Source of the DNA: Candidatus Uhrbacteria bacterium GW2011_GWC2_41_11
Lineage (GTDB): Bacteria; Patescibacteriota; Patescibacteriia; UBA9934; GWF2-40-263
NCBI GenBank assembly: GCA_000996355.1
Contig: LCAH01000002.1
Location: 29,703-93,702, forward strand
Reading direction: 5' to 3'
DNA length: 64,000 nucleotides
Shown: positions 39,824 through 49,664 of the stretch, in pieces
How the letters are laid out: every line of letters begins with the position of its first letter
How positions within the stretch are numbered: the stretch's first letter is position 1
Program-made: the position numbers and the translations under genes
Notes under the pieces: model-generated
Told to the model about the DNA's origin: nothing
Database searches by the model: none
What the model saw: only the letters and a program-made list of their open reading frames with translations

Positions 39824-40417
39824 ATGACCATAGACGCCAAAACCGTCATGCAATTGCGTCAGATGACAAATGCAGGTCTCATGGATGCCAAAGCAGCTCT
39901 GGAAGAGACACAAGGCAATCTTGAACAGGCTGTTGAAGTTTTGCGTAAGAAGGGAATTGCGAAAGCCGGAAAAAAAGCCGAACGCGAAACTAAAGAAGGT
40001 CGCGTGTATACCTACGTCCATGCAAATGGAAAAATGGGATCTATGGTTGAGGTGTTGTGTGAAACTGATTTCGTGGCACGGAATGAACTTTTCGAAGCGT
40101 TGTGTCATGACATTGCCATGCATGTGGCAGCGGCAGATCCTTTGTATGTACGGCGTGAGGACGTTCCGGGAGAACTGATTGAAAAAGAACGTGAAATCTA
40201 TCGTGGAGAAATGGAAGGGCAAGCCAAACCAGCGGATATTATTGAAAAAATCATCGAAGGGAAGCTGAATAAGTATTTTTCTGAAATGTGTCTTTTGGAG
40301 CAATTGTTTGTAAAAGATGATTCAAAAACCGTTCAGGATTTGGTCAAGGAAAAAATTTCTTCTCTGGGAGAGAATATCCAAATCACGCGATTCAGCCGGT
40401 TTCAAATTGGGGCATAG
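39824..40417 (+). CDS. tsf: Elongation factor Ts (short form)
   Basis: UBA-like N-terminus, CETDFVAR, GENIQITRFSRF. Confidence 0.96.
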   Translation: MTIDAKTVMQLRQMTNAGLMDAKAALEETQGNLEQAVEVLRKKGIAKAGKKAERETKEGRVYTYVHANGKMGSMVEVLCETDFVARNELFEALCHDIAMHVAAADPLYVRREDVPGELIEKEREIYRGEMEGQAKPADIIEKIIEGKLNKYFSEMCLLEQLFVKDDSKTVQDLVKEKISSLGENIQITRFSRFQIGA

Positions 40418-40420
40418 AAT

Positions 40421-40452
40421 AAAAAACACTCGGTGAAGAGCCGGGTGTTTTT
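40421..40452. terminator. Bidirectional terminator
   Basis: AAAAACACTCGG/CCGGGTGTTTTT. Confidence 0.8.
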
Positions 40453-40458
40453 CGTTTG

Positions 40459-43389
40459 TCAGAAATCTCCTCCGCCTGAGGAGTATCCAGAAGATCCGGA
40501 ATCGGTTGACGATCCCCCTGAAGAAGAAGAGGAGTCACTGCTGTGATCCGAACCGCCGGAGGAATATCCTGAACCACTGTCATTTCCGGAATGGGACCAA
40601 CTAGATGATGACGGGGATGATGTGGAAGAATTCCACGAGGATGAGAAGGTTTGTCGGTTCCATTCTGCTTCCTCTTCTATCCTGCGTCGACGCTGTTCCT
40701 CTTCGTACAGGCGATGTCGTTCCATTTCCTCGTGTTCACGGCGTTGCCGCTCGCGTTCCTCATAGACTTCTCGCGCGCGTCGGAGTTCGGATCTCCATCC
40801 GTTTTTTATTCTTTCTATCTCATCGAGGAGAATGTTGTAATCCGCTGGTCCATTGATTACGGGTTTGCGGTAGACATTCAGAGTTGTGTCTGTCCCATAA
40901 CCGCGAATCTGTTGTTCGCAGGTTTCGCGATCCGTTTCGATGGATACCATTTTTCTTTCATATTCGACTTTCTTGGCATCCAATGTATCGCAGTGTCGAA
41001 TGGCTTTGGCAAAGGAGTCCTCCGCCGCTTTGAACTGGTCAAGAGCTTTGTCTGCACTGCGGCGTGCGGACAAGTGTTTGTTTTCCCGAAGACGTTGTTC
41101 CGCTTCGGAAAGAGAAACAGTGCCTGATTCCAGGGATTTATCACCGTCCGCAATGGATTCGGCAGCCCTGCAACCAGTATGAACACGGACCGTTTCCGTT
41201 TCGCGAATCTGCGCTTTGGAACGGATATCTCCTGTCCGCTCATATATTGTTCGCGCGTCCGCGATGGATTTTTCCGCGTGGTCAATCGCACGGCGGATAA
41301 GATCGATCTGTTTTGCACATGTCCGATACCGTTCTGATATTCTTCTGGCAAGGACCTCAATTTCCGCGACGGTATCCGCTGCTGCAAGACGGCTTTGGAG
41401 TTCTTCCTCTTCTTGCGTGGCGCGGCGGAAGGTAACGGCTGGATCGTCATTTGGATCCTCGATGACGGTCTGAAGTTCTGGAATCTCAATGCGACTCGTT
41501 TGAACTTCCTGGAGTGCAGCCACGATCTGATGAATTCCGGCTTCCATTTCCATTTCTTCTGTGCGAAGCGTTTGGAGATGTTCGACATAAGTGACCGCAT
41601 CTCTGAGACGCAGCGTGTTTAGTTTCTCATAGACGCGTTCGTCGCTTGCACGGTCTCCTGCCAAAGGGTGTTTTGAAAGCCATTGGTGCGGGATACTTTG
41701 TGTATCGCATATAGCAAACAACTCATCAAGCTTGCGGTGGGGAAACGCTTGTTCGGCAAGCTCTGATTTGACTGCGAGCGCTTGTTTTAGCAAATTCCAG
41801 TCTTCTTGAGTTTCTCGAAAACGTTTGGTCAAATCCTGTTCAAATCCGACCGGGTTTACCTTGACGATTTTGGTTTCCTGACCAAAAAGTTCATCCTTAT
41901 TTATCTCGCCCGTATCGAACTCAAATTCTGTTTCCAAATCCGCCAGAGCTTCGCGTAGATATGTGAGATTCCAGAATGAAGATCGTATGGCCTTGGTCTT
42001 ACATTTTGCCAGATGTGTTTCCAAGGCGCGCAAAGCAACGTAGATCGCGTCAACTTCTGCGGTCGTCGAATCGAGAAGTTCTTTTTCCCGACCGGAAGCG
42101 CTTTTCATGAGGGCGGAGATTTCATCACGTTCCTCATGAAACCGGAGATATTGACCGGAAGCATTCCGGATTTTTCTTTCGCGTTCTTCAACCTCTTTTT
42201 CAAACGTCTGTCGCATGCGCTTGAAATTTCGGTGTCTGAATCCAAGGCCGAAGAAGGCAAACAAAGAGAAGAGAAGAAAAACGATACTTGCCGTCGTTTC
42301 CATTCGTTTGAGAGCTGCAGCTTCTTCTTTCTGCTTGTGGACGAATAAAAAAAGTTCTTCCTCTCCATCTGTGAGACTTCTTGAGGCATCATCCATATCC
42401 TCGACAATGCCGTGACTTCTTGTATCTTTCGCATTTCCTAGCATTTTTTGATAGCGGGAAATGTCAGAAGGGAGAAAAGTTGTGTTTTCTTGAAGAAGAG
42501 ATGTCATCTTCTCGATATGGTAGTTTCTCTTTTTGACCTCGGTTTTTTTTGAAACCACGAGAGTAGAGAGTTGATCTGTGCTCGCGGTCATGGAATCAGC
42601 CATGTCGTCCATTTCCTTGAGATCATTCCTTGCACGAATTTCCTTTGCTTGCGCCAATGTGTTCCGATATCCGGAGAGATCTGTGGGAAGAAGTGTTTTG
42701 TCTTCGTTTAGGAGTTCTCCAAGAAACGCGATTTGGTAATCGAAATTCGAACGAATGTGCGCGATGCGCAGCTGTTCCCGTTCCTGTTCTGCTGCTTTTT
42801 GGCGCGCGGCAATGATCGTTGGATCCGTTGTCTCGCGTAAATATATATCAAGGGACGTGAGCGTTTCGAGAACTCCGACAGCCGGATTTGGCGGCGTGTA
42901 GCGGACAGCCTCGACAAAATGTTTTGTGTAAGTTTCATGATCCCGTGCGGGAAGGAAATGGGCGGGTTCTCCGCGCCATTTGACTCCGGAATCAAGTTCG
43001 TATTTGCAAATCGTTCCATCTGGCCGTTGTGATTTCGGTTTCTCGCACGCGTCATTCCAAACCACGAGCATAACTGAGGATCGCGCGGAATCGAACCCAT
43101 GTTTTGCCCACGCGAGTTCCAGATCAGCTATATATTGCTTGATCCGATCTGACGCGTTTCCTTCTCCGGGAAGATTTTGCAGAAAAATTGCATAAAAAGG
43201 ATGGTATCCTTTTGCGGTAGCTTGTTCGATTTCCTCATATCCGCTTCCGGGTGGCGTCCATCCTTCTGGATGAAAATACACATGTTTTCCTTTTTCAAAG
43301 GAAATGTCCAATTGTCCCTGCGCAGATTGCACGATACACAACATTCCTGCCAAAAATAGAAACAGGATTTTTCCCTTCATCTCTTTCAT
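40459..43389 (-). CDS. Large single-pass membrane protein (TPM-like head, coiled coils, Ser/Gly-rich tail)
   Basis: Signal peptide, alpha/beta head, TM at about aa 366-384, long helical region, tail ending SSGGGDF. Confidence 0.7.
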   Translation of the reverse strand: MKEMKGKILFLFLAGMLCIVQSAQGQLDISFEKGKHVYFHPEGWTPPGSGYEEIEQATAKGYHPFYAIFLQNLPGEGNASDRIKQYIADLELAWAKHGFDSARSSVMLVVWNDACEKPKSQRPDGTICKYELDSGVKWRGEPAHFLPARDHETYTKHFVEAVRYTPPNPAVGVLETLTSLDIYLRETTDPTIIAARQKAAEQEREQLRIAHIRSNFDYQIAFLGELLNEDKTLLPTDLSGYRNTLAQAKEIRARNDLKEMDDMADSMTASTDQLSTLVVSKKTEVKKRNYHIEKMTSLLQENTTFLPSDISRYQKMLGNAKDTRSHGIVEDMDDASRSLTDGEEELFLFVHKQKEEAAALKRMETTASIVFLLFSLFAFFGLGFRHRNFKRMRQTFEKEVEERERKIRNASGQYLRFHEERDEISALMKSASGREKELLDSTTAEVDAIYVALRALETHLAKCKTKAIRSSFWNLTYLREALADLETEFEFDTGEINKDELFGQETKIVKVNPVGFEQDLTKRFRETQEDWNLLKQALAVKSELAEQAFPHRKLDELFAICDTQSIPHQWLSKHPLAGDRASDERVYEKLNTLRLRDAVTYVEHLQTLRTEEMEMEAGIHQIVAALQEVQTSRIEIPELQTVIEDPNDDPAVTFRRATQEEEELQSRLAAADTVAEIEVLARRISERYRTCAKQIDLIRRAIDHAEKSIADARTIYERTGDIRSKAQIRETETVRVHTGCRAAESIADGDKSLESGTVSLSEAEQRLRENKHLSARRSADKALDQFKAAEDSFAKAIRHCDTLDAKKVEYERKMVSIETDRETCEQQIRGYGTDTTLNVYRKPVINGPADYNILLDEIERIKNGWRSELRRAREVYEERERQRREHEEMERHRLYEEEQRRRRIEEEAEWNRQTFSSSWNSSTSSPSSSSWSHSGNDSGSGYSSGGSDHSSDSSSSSGGSSTDSGSSGYSSGGGDF

Positions 43390-43441
43390 TCCTTTCTTTT
43401 TTGAATGAACACTCTCAAATCCATCAGGATCTGATGTGATG

Positions 43442-43470
43442 TCTTTACTTAATTTTTATTCCTTTGTCAA
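43442..43470 (-). promoter_or_regulatory. Sigma70-type promoter
   Basis: TTGACA-17-TAAAGA. Confidence 0.45.
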
Positions 43471-43584
43471 TGGAATTAGACAATATTTTTTCTTGTTATT
43501 TCTTGATTTTTTGATTCTTTTATGATTGTCTTAGGTTGTTCTTTAAAAATCATGGAAGAAAAATCATCAATTAGGAGTTCAAAA

Positions 43585-45069
43585 ATGGAACAAATGTTAC
43601 AGGATTTTTTTAATGGGAAGATGTCATTTAAGGATCTAGTCTCGAAATTACATGAAAAAAAGGTCTTCAAGTTTGATGATGAGGATGAAATACTGAATCA
43701 GTTTTGTCCTCCGTCTGTCTGGAAAAGGAGTCCGACATTCAGGATTCCGGAAGCATTTTTTGTCTTGGAACATCCGGAAACTTCTTGGCAACGAAGTGCG
43801 GCGTTGTCGTCGCTCCTTTTTGCTTCAAACAAAACTGTATTCGAGCTGGATGGACAGTGGCTCAAATTCAGTACTGAGTTAAATTCTCGCATCGTTGGCG
43901 CATTTGCTGTCACGCATGGTGGTTTGCGCGATGACTTGTCAGATTCATCCGCTTATTATCTCCGTCTGCAGACAGTCGCAACTCTGTCTATCGCTCAGAC
44001 CATTCGGTATATGACCGGACTGTCTTCGGAGAAAGTTTGGAAATCCGCTGCGTGGTTGAAGGGTCTGCTCTTAAAGAGGGTTAGTGTTGAGTGGCTCGTG
44101 CCGCAAGTTCAAGCTGAAATTCCTGATTCACTTTCACAATCAGCTGACCTGTGGGATCCTCTTGGCTTCGATGTCAGAGGTCACGGCGTCCACCCGGACG
44201 AACTCGCACTGTTGTTGGCTATTGATTCTTATCAGTACACACTTCATGGTGGGTTGTCGCCACTCTTCTCCGATGCTTTCTTCAACGCTATGCGGCGCAT
44301 AGCAAGCCGAACCTTGAATACAGGAGAGATGGCAATTATTCGAAAACAACAAAGTAGCCGATTCGATTCTCCTATGTTCGTATCTGATACTTTATTCGTC
44401 AGGCCGGATATTCCATTAGGACCGCCGCTTCTTGCCAGACAAGTACTCCATAACAGCGGGGCCAAGTGGCTCGCAGGTCTGTCGTTGGAGGCGTTCATCG
44501 AGACGCTCGATTACTTGTCTTTGGTCTCTTTGACAGGGAAAGATCCTGATCTTGCCAAGGGAGAATGGATTTTGATGGCGTTGTATCGTGAAGGAAAAGA
44601 ATTGTCTTTGGATCACCTTCATCGGGCGGCACAATATTGGAATGATCTAGTCCAGAGGGTGGCAGGTGAGAAACAAGTGAATCGTGCGCATTTGTTGGCA
44701 CGCGCTGGGATCGGATTGTTCCGGATCTTGGATGTCGCACAAAAAGCCGTTCTTGATCAGTTTGTAGAGTGGGCGGATTTGCCTTGGAAACCAGGACTTT
44801 TTGCCGGTCTTGCAAAGATGGCCGCTAAGGAACGAGATATCACCTGTTGGAAACGGAATTTGACTGCCTTGGCGGATATGTTATTTGATTCTACGGTAGA
44901 TGATCAGCAGAAATTGGACGCGGCTATTCTGCTCGCCCAAGCCTTTCAGGATTCTGCTGATGTTCCTATTGAACTCAAAATGAGTCTCCTCGAGGCTGTT
45001 AAACAGGAACCGGTTCTCGAGAGGAATGTGTCGCTTCGAATTGAATTGAGGCGGTCTGAATTGATGTGA
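43585..45069 (+). CDS. Hypothetical alpha-helical (HEAT/ARM-like) protein
   Basis: Long Leu/Ala-rich ORF; SD AGGAG before ATG 43585. Confidence 0.7.
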   Translation: MEQMLQDFFNGKMSFKDLVSKLHEKKVFKFDDEDEILNQFCPPSVWKRSPTFRIPEAFFVLEHPETSWQRSAALSSLLFASNKTVFELDGQWLKFSTELNSRIVGAFAVTHGGLRDDLSDSSAYYLRLQTVATLSIAQTIRYMTGLSSEKVWKSAAWLKGLLLKRVSVEWLVPQVQAEIPDSLSQSADLWDPLGFDVRGHGVHPDELALLLAIDSYQYTLHGGLSPLFSDAFFNAMRRIASRTLNTGEMAIIRKQQSSRFDSPMFVSDTLFVRPDIPLGPPLLARQVLHNSGAKWLAGLSLEAFIETLDYLSLVSLTGKDPDLAKGEWILMALYREGKELSLDHLHRAAQYWNDLVQRVAGEKQVNRAHLLARAGIGLFRILDVAQKAVLDQFVEWADLPWKPGLFAGLAKMAAKERDITCWKRNLTALADMLFDSTVDDQQKLDAAILLAQAFQDSADVPIELKMSLLEAVKQEPVLERNVSLRIELRRSELM

Positions 45070-45212
45070 TTTTTTTCTCTTTTTTTCAAATGTCTGTCTG
45101 TTGTAACCGGTCCTTTGGTTTTTGCAGGCAGATTTTTTTTGTTTACATTTCGAATTTGAGAGGTCTCTTCAGAATTATGGTACACTAAGATAGATATTTT
45201 TTTCTTTTTTCT

Positions 45213-46220
45213 ATGCTTCGTGTAGCTATCAATGGATTCGGTCGGATTGGCCGAAATACGTTAAAAGCAGGCTGGGACAGACCAGACGTTTCTTTTATTG
45301 CTATCAATGATCTTACTGAACCAAAAATTCTTGCCCATCTTTTGAAGTATGATTCTGTTTTTCATACCTGGCCGCATGAAATTTCATTTGATGATCATCA
45401 TGTCATCATTGATGGAAAGAAAATTCCTGTTGTTGCAGAGACAGATCCAAAAAAATTGCCATGGAAGGCGTATGATGTAGATGTAGTGATTGAATCAACA
45501 GGGAGGTTTACAAATAGAACAGATGCATCTCAACATTTAGAAGCGGGTGCAAGAAAAGTGGTGATCTCGGCTCCGGCAAAAGAAGTTCCCACCTATTTGA
45601 TGGGAGTCAATCACAAGACTTGTAAAAAAGGTGATACCATCGTGAACAATGCATCTTGCACCACAAATTCGATTGCCCCTGTTGCTCAGATCATGCAAGA
45701 CGTTTTTGGAATTCGAAAAGCCATGATGACCACCATTCATTCTGTCACTGCGGAACAAAATTTGGTGGATGGTCTTCCCCCGAAATTGCATCCTGATTTG
45801 CGCCGTGCACGTTCCGCACTCGTAAATATGGTTCCGACTTCGACCGGAGCAGCAAAAGCAACAACCGAAGTGATTCCGGATCTCAAAGGTCTTTTTGATG
45901 GAATTGCGGTGCGTGTGCCGACGATTGATGTTTCTCTTTCTGATTTTACATTTTTGCTCAAACAAAAAACAACGGTTGAAGAAATCAATCAAACATTTCG
46001 AAAAGCAGCAAAAAGTGCTCGGTGGAAAGGAATTTTGGCTGTGTCCGATGTTCCTCTTGTTTCGTCGGATTTTGTGCAGAGTGCGTATTCTTCAGTTGTG
46101 GATCTGGAGATGACACGTGTCGTGGATGGAGATTTGGTAAAGGTTCTTGCCTGGTATGATAATGAGTGGGGATATTCCGTTCGTTTGATGGACATGGTGG
46201 AGCATGTCGGACGTATGTGA
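45213..46220 (+). CDS. gap: Glyceraldehyde-3-phosphate dehydrogenase type I
   Basis: INGFGRIGR, NASCTTN, WYDNEWGY. Confidence 0.97.
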   Translation: MLRVAINGFGRIGRNTLKAGWDRPDVSFIAINDLTEPKILAHLLKYDSVFHTWPHEISFDDHHVIIDGKKIPVVAETDPKKLPWKAYDVDVVIESTGRFTNRTDASQHLEAGARKVVISAPAKEVPTYLMGVNHKTCKKGDTIVNNASCTTNSIAPVAQIMQDVFGIRKAMMTTIHSVTAEQNLVDGLPPKLHPDLRRARSALVNMVPTSTGAAKATTEVIPDLKGLFDGIAVRVPTIDVSLSDFTFLLKQKTTVEEINQTFRKAAKSARWKGILAVSDVPLVSSDFVQSAYSSVVDLEMTRVVDGDLVKVLAWYDNEWGYSVRLMDMVEHVGRM

Positions 46221-47131
46221 TGGCGTGGTGGATATACGACTTTGTTATTTTTGGCTTTCTCATTTTTGGAGGAATCTATTTTCTTCAAATGATGTTTTGT
46301 CTCCAAAATGGATCCAAGCGATTTTTGCATAAGATCGCAATTATTTTTTTGGTTTTAACATGGATAATTGTTTTTTACGGAAGTTTTGTTGAATCTCGTT
46401 TTCTTACCGTTCGTACACAAACAGTTGATCTTGGAGAAAAAACAACACATACATTACGTGCAGCTGTTGTCTCTGATTTTCATGCAGGTTTTTATACGGA
46501 TGAGAATTGGATAAAACATATCGTTCGTGAAATTCAGAAAAGAAAACCAGACGTGATTTTTTTGCTCGGAGATTTTATTTCTGAAAATCCTGAAGCCGTG
46601 AAGGAACTTCAGTCATTTTCAAATTTCCGTGCTCCTCTGGGTGTGTTTGCCATAACAGGGAATCATGATTATCAAGATCATGGACGGGATGATTTGGTTG
46701 TGGCTACTCTTCAACAAATGGGGATTCGTGTTTTGCGTAATGAACATTTATTTCTTTCTTTTGATGGAGAAAAAATTGCTTTGGCAGGAATTGACGATAT
46801 TTGGTTTGGAGGAAGTTCGAAAGCCGCATTGGATGGACTGACAGACGAAGATATGGTGATTTTGTTGGCACACAACCCGGACGCTGTTCTTTTTTCTGAA
46901 ACAAAAGTTGCAGATCTTATTTTATCCGGACATACGCATGGCGGACAGATTCGTCTACCCTTGGTTGGATCACTTGCCCATATTCCAACTGTTCTTGGAA
47001 ACACATATGATAAAGGACTTTTTTCTTTGAAGGATCAATGGTTGTTTATTACGTCTGGCGTAGGAGAGATCGGTCCCAGGGCACGATTGTTTAATCCGCC
47101 GGAAATTGTTTTGTTGAACATTGTTTTTTAA
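46220..47131 (+). CDS. Membrane-bound metallophosphoesterase (YkuE-like)
   Basis: Two TMs; SDFH, GD, GNHD, AHNPD, SGHTHGGQ. Confidence 0.9.
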   Translation: MAWWIYDFVIFGFLIFGGIYFLQMMFCLQNGSKRFLHKIAIIFLVLTWIIVFYGSFVESRFLTVRTQTVDLGEKTTHTLRAAVVSDFHAGFYTDENWIKHIVREIQKRKPDVIFLLGDFISENPEAVKELQSFSNFRAPLGVFAITGNHDYQDHGRDDLVVATLQQMGIRVLRNEHLFLSFDGEKIALAGIDDIWFGGSSKAALDGLTDEDMVILLAHNPDAVLFSETKVADLILSGHTHGGQIRLPLVGSLAHIPTVLGNTYDKGLFSLKDQWLFITSGVGEIGPRARLFNPPEIVLLNIVF

Positions 47132-47189
47132 GAAGATTCTGTTAAACTCTGGAAGTATTTTCTTGTATTCTTTGTGAGAATTGTCGTGT

Positions 47190-48374
47190 ATGCGTTTGAA
47201 TACATTACGCAACCCAAAACAGCTTTTGAATAAACGTGTTTTGGTTCGAATTGATGCAAATGTTCCCATTCGTCGTGGTCAAGTTGTGGATGGTCCTCAA
47301 GGAAAGATTGCTCGAGCAGCTGTGGATCTTGAATGGTTGCGTCAACACGGAGCCAAACTTGTGATTTTAACTCACTTGGGTCGACCAAATGGAAAACGCA
47401 CTCCAGCTTATTCTGTTGCTCCTATTGCAAAACGTTTAAGCGGATTACTTGGTGTGCCTGTAAAACTTTGTCGAGACGTTGTGGGAGCAAAAGCGGAAAA
47501 AATGGTTTCAGTTATGCAATCCGGAGAAGCTGTTCTTTTGGAAAATGTGCGTTTTCATGCAGGGGAAGAGCAAAATAGTCGCGCTTTTGCTCGACAATTA
47601 GCTACATTAGGTGATTTGTATATCAATGATGCCTTTGCAGTCAGTCATCGTGCGCATGCTTCGGTGGATGCGATTACCGAAGAACTTCCGTCCTATGCCG
47701 GACCGCTTCTTGTTCGTGAGGTAAATCTTTTGCATTCGTTGCATGCAGCCGTACGTCATCCGTTTCTCCTCATTATGGGAGGGTTGAAAATTTCAACAAA
47801 ACTGCCTGTGCTCGAACAGTTTCTTCCGCACGTGGAAGCTGTTTTTATTGGGGGGGCCCTGGCACAAACATTTCTTGTTGCGCAAGGAAAAGAAATTGGA
47901 CGTTCTGTTTATGATAAAGAAGGAGTGTCTATTGCCCGTAGTCTTTTGGAGCGTTGGGGACAAAAAATTCGTCTTCCCCAAGATGTGTATGTTGCTCGTC
48001 GCATGAGTTCTCAAGCAAAACTTCATCTCGTTTCTGTAGAGGAAATTGATGCAAAAGATTATGTTGTTGATGTGGGGAGACGAACCATGCGTACCTATGT
48101 TCGAGCAATTCAGCGAGCGAAAACAATTGTGTGGAATGGGCCATTCGGATATTGTGAGATTCCAAAATTTTGTTCAAGCACTTATTTGCTTGCTCGGGCG
48201 ATCGCTGCGAGAACAGGGAAAGCCAAAACAATTGTTGGGGGAGGAGATACGATTCCAATTCTTGAGGCTGCACATCTTGCCGAACATTTTACCCTTATGT
48301 CCACAGGCGGAGGTGCCATGCTCGAATTTTTGGCAGGAGGAGAGCTGCCAGGAGTCGAGGCTTTGAAGAAGTAA
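47190..48374 (+). CDS. pgk: Phosphoglycerate kinase
   Basis: DANVP, HLGRP, LENVRF, WNGPFG, GGGDT, STGGGA. Confidence 0.95.
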   Translation: MRLNTLRNPKQLLNKRVLVRIDANVPIRRGQVVDGPQGKIARAAVDLEWLRQHGAKLVILTHLGRPNGKRTPAYSVAPIAKRLSGLLGVPVKLCRDVVGAKAEKMVSVMQSGEAVLLENVRFHAGEEQNSRAFARQLATLGDLYINDAFAVSHRAHASVDAITEELPSYAGPLLVREVNLLHSLHAAVRHPFLLIMGGLKISTKLPVLEQFLPHVEAVFIGGALAQTFLVAQGKEIGRSVYDKEGVSIARSLLERWGQKIRLPQDVYVARRMSSQAKLHLVSVEEIDAKDYVVDVGRRTMRTYVRAIQRAKTIVWNGPFGYCEIPKFCSSTYLLARAIAARTGKAKTIVGGGDTIPILEAAHLAEHFTLMSTGGGAMLEFLAGGELPGVEALKK

Positions 48375-48395
48375 TTTCTATTTTTCTATTCATCT

Positions 48396-49658
48396 ATGCC
48401 TTCATCTATTCACGCCATTCATGCTCATGAAATTTTGGATTCACGCGGAAATCCTACGCTTGGAGTTTCTATTTTGCTTGCGGATGGAACAACAGGAAGT
48501 GCTTCTGTCCCAAGTGGAGCATCAACAGGTGTTCATGAGGCTCTTGAGTTGCGTGATAATGATCCAAAACGGTATGGAGGAAAAGGAGTTTTGAAAGCGG
48601 TGCAAAATGTACAAAAAATCATCGCCCCAAAATTGATCGGCATGGATGTGATGTGTTTACGAGAAATAGATGAGCGAATGATTGCGCTTGATGGCACACA
48701 AAACAAAAGTCGTTTGGGAGCAAATGCGATTCTTGGTGTTTCTCTTGCGTGTGCACATGCCGGAGCTCGGTATAAAAAAATGCCGTTGTATATTTATATA
48801 CGTCAGATTTATGACCTTCCATTCAAAACATTTCGCATGCCATATCCAACCATGAATGTGATGAATGGTGGAGCTCATGCTGGATGGATTCTGGATTTTC
48901 AAGAATTCATGATTGTTCCTAAACAGAAGAAGTTTCACGAACGGTTGCGTTGTGGATCAGAAATATTTCATGCCCTTGGAGGATTATTGAAAAAGAAGGG
49001 ATTTTCCACATTAGTCGGAGATGAGGGTGGATATTCCGTTCAATTGAAAAAAAATGAAGAAACAATCAAATTAATCGTTCAAGCGGTAAAGCAGGCTGGA
49101 TATGAATCGGGAAAAGATGTTTTTTTTGCGCTTGATCCTGCAACATCTGAGCTGTACGACGAACAAACAAAAAAATATACCCTTCATGTGGATAAAAAAA
49201 AGCTGACTTCGAAGGAAATGATTGCTCTGTGGAGAGGATGGATGAAAAAATACCCGATTCTTTCTTTGGAAGATGGACTTGCTCAAGATGATTGGGAAGG
49301 ATGGAGGGAATTGACCAAACAATTAGGAGAAAATATCGTGCTTGTAGGTGATGATCTTTTTGTGACAAATACAGGACGCTTACGCAAAGGGATTGAAGAG
49401 AAGGTCGGCAATGCTATTTTAATCAAACTCAATCAGATTGGCACGCTTTCTGAAACGATTGATGCGATTCTTTTAGCTCAGCAATATGGGTACAAAATTT
49501 CCGTTTCTCATCGTTCTGGAGAAACATGTGATACAACTATTGCAGATTTAGCCGTGGCAGTGAATGCCGATTTTATCAAAGCAGGTTCACTTTCTCGTGG
49601 AGAACGTTTGGCAAAATATAATCGGTTGATTGAAATTGAAGAGGAAATAAAAGGATAA
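48396..49658 (+). CDS. eno: Enolase
   Basis: DSRGNPT, PSGASTG, GDEGG, KLNQIG, SHRSGET. Confidence 0.97.
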   Translation: MPSSIHAIHAHEILDSRGNPTLGVSILLADGTTGSASVPSGASTGVHEALELRDNDPKRYGGKGVLKAVQNVQKIIAPKLIGMDVMCLREIDERMIALDGTQNKSRLGANAILGVSLACAHAGARYKKMPLYIYIRQIYDLPFKTFRMPYPTMNVMNGGAHAGWILDFQEFMIVPKQKKFHERLRCGSEIFHALGGLLKKKGFSTLVGDEGGYSVQLKKNEETIKLIVQAVKQAGYESGKDVFFALDPATSELYDEQTKKYTLHVDKKKLTSKEMIALWRGWMKKYPILSLEDGLAQDDWEGWRELTKQLGENIVLVGDDLFVTNTGRLRKGIEEKVGNAILIKLNQIGTLSETIDAILLAQQYGYKISVSHRSGETCDTTIADLAVAVNADFIKAGSLSRGERLAKYNRLIEIEEEIKG

Positions 49659-49664
49659 AAATCT

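Noticed and set aside
40878-41600. 240-aa alternative-frame ORF and the many other nested or antisense ORFs in the track
   Set aside because: They overlap well-supported genes and have no recognisable motifs or start signals
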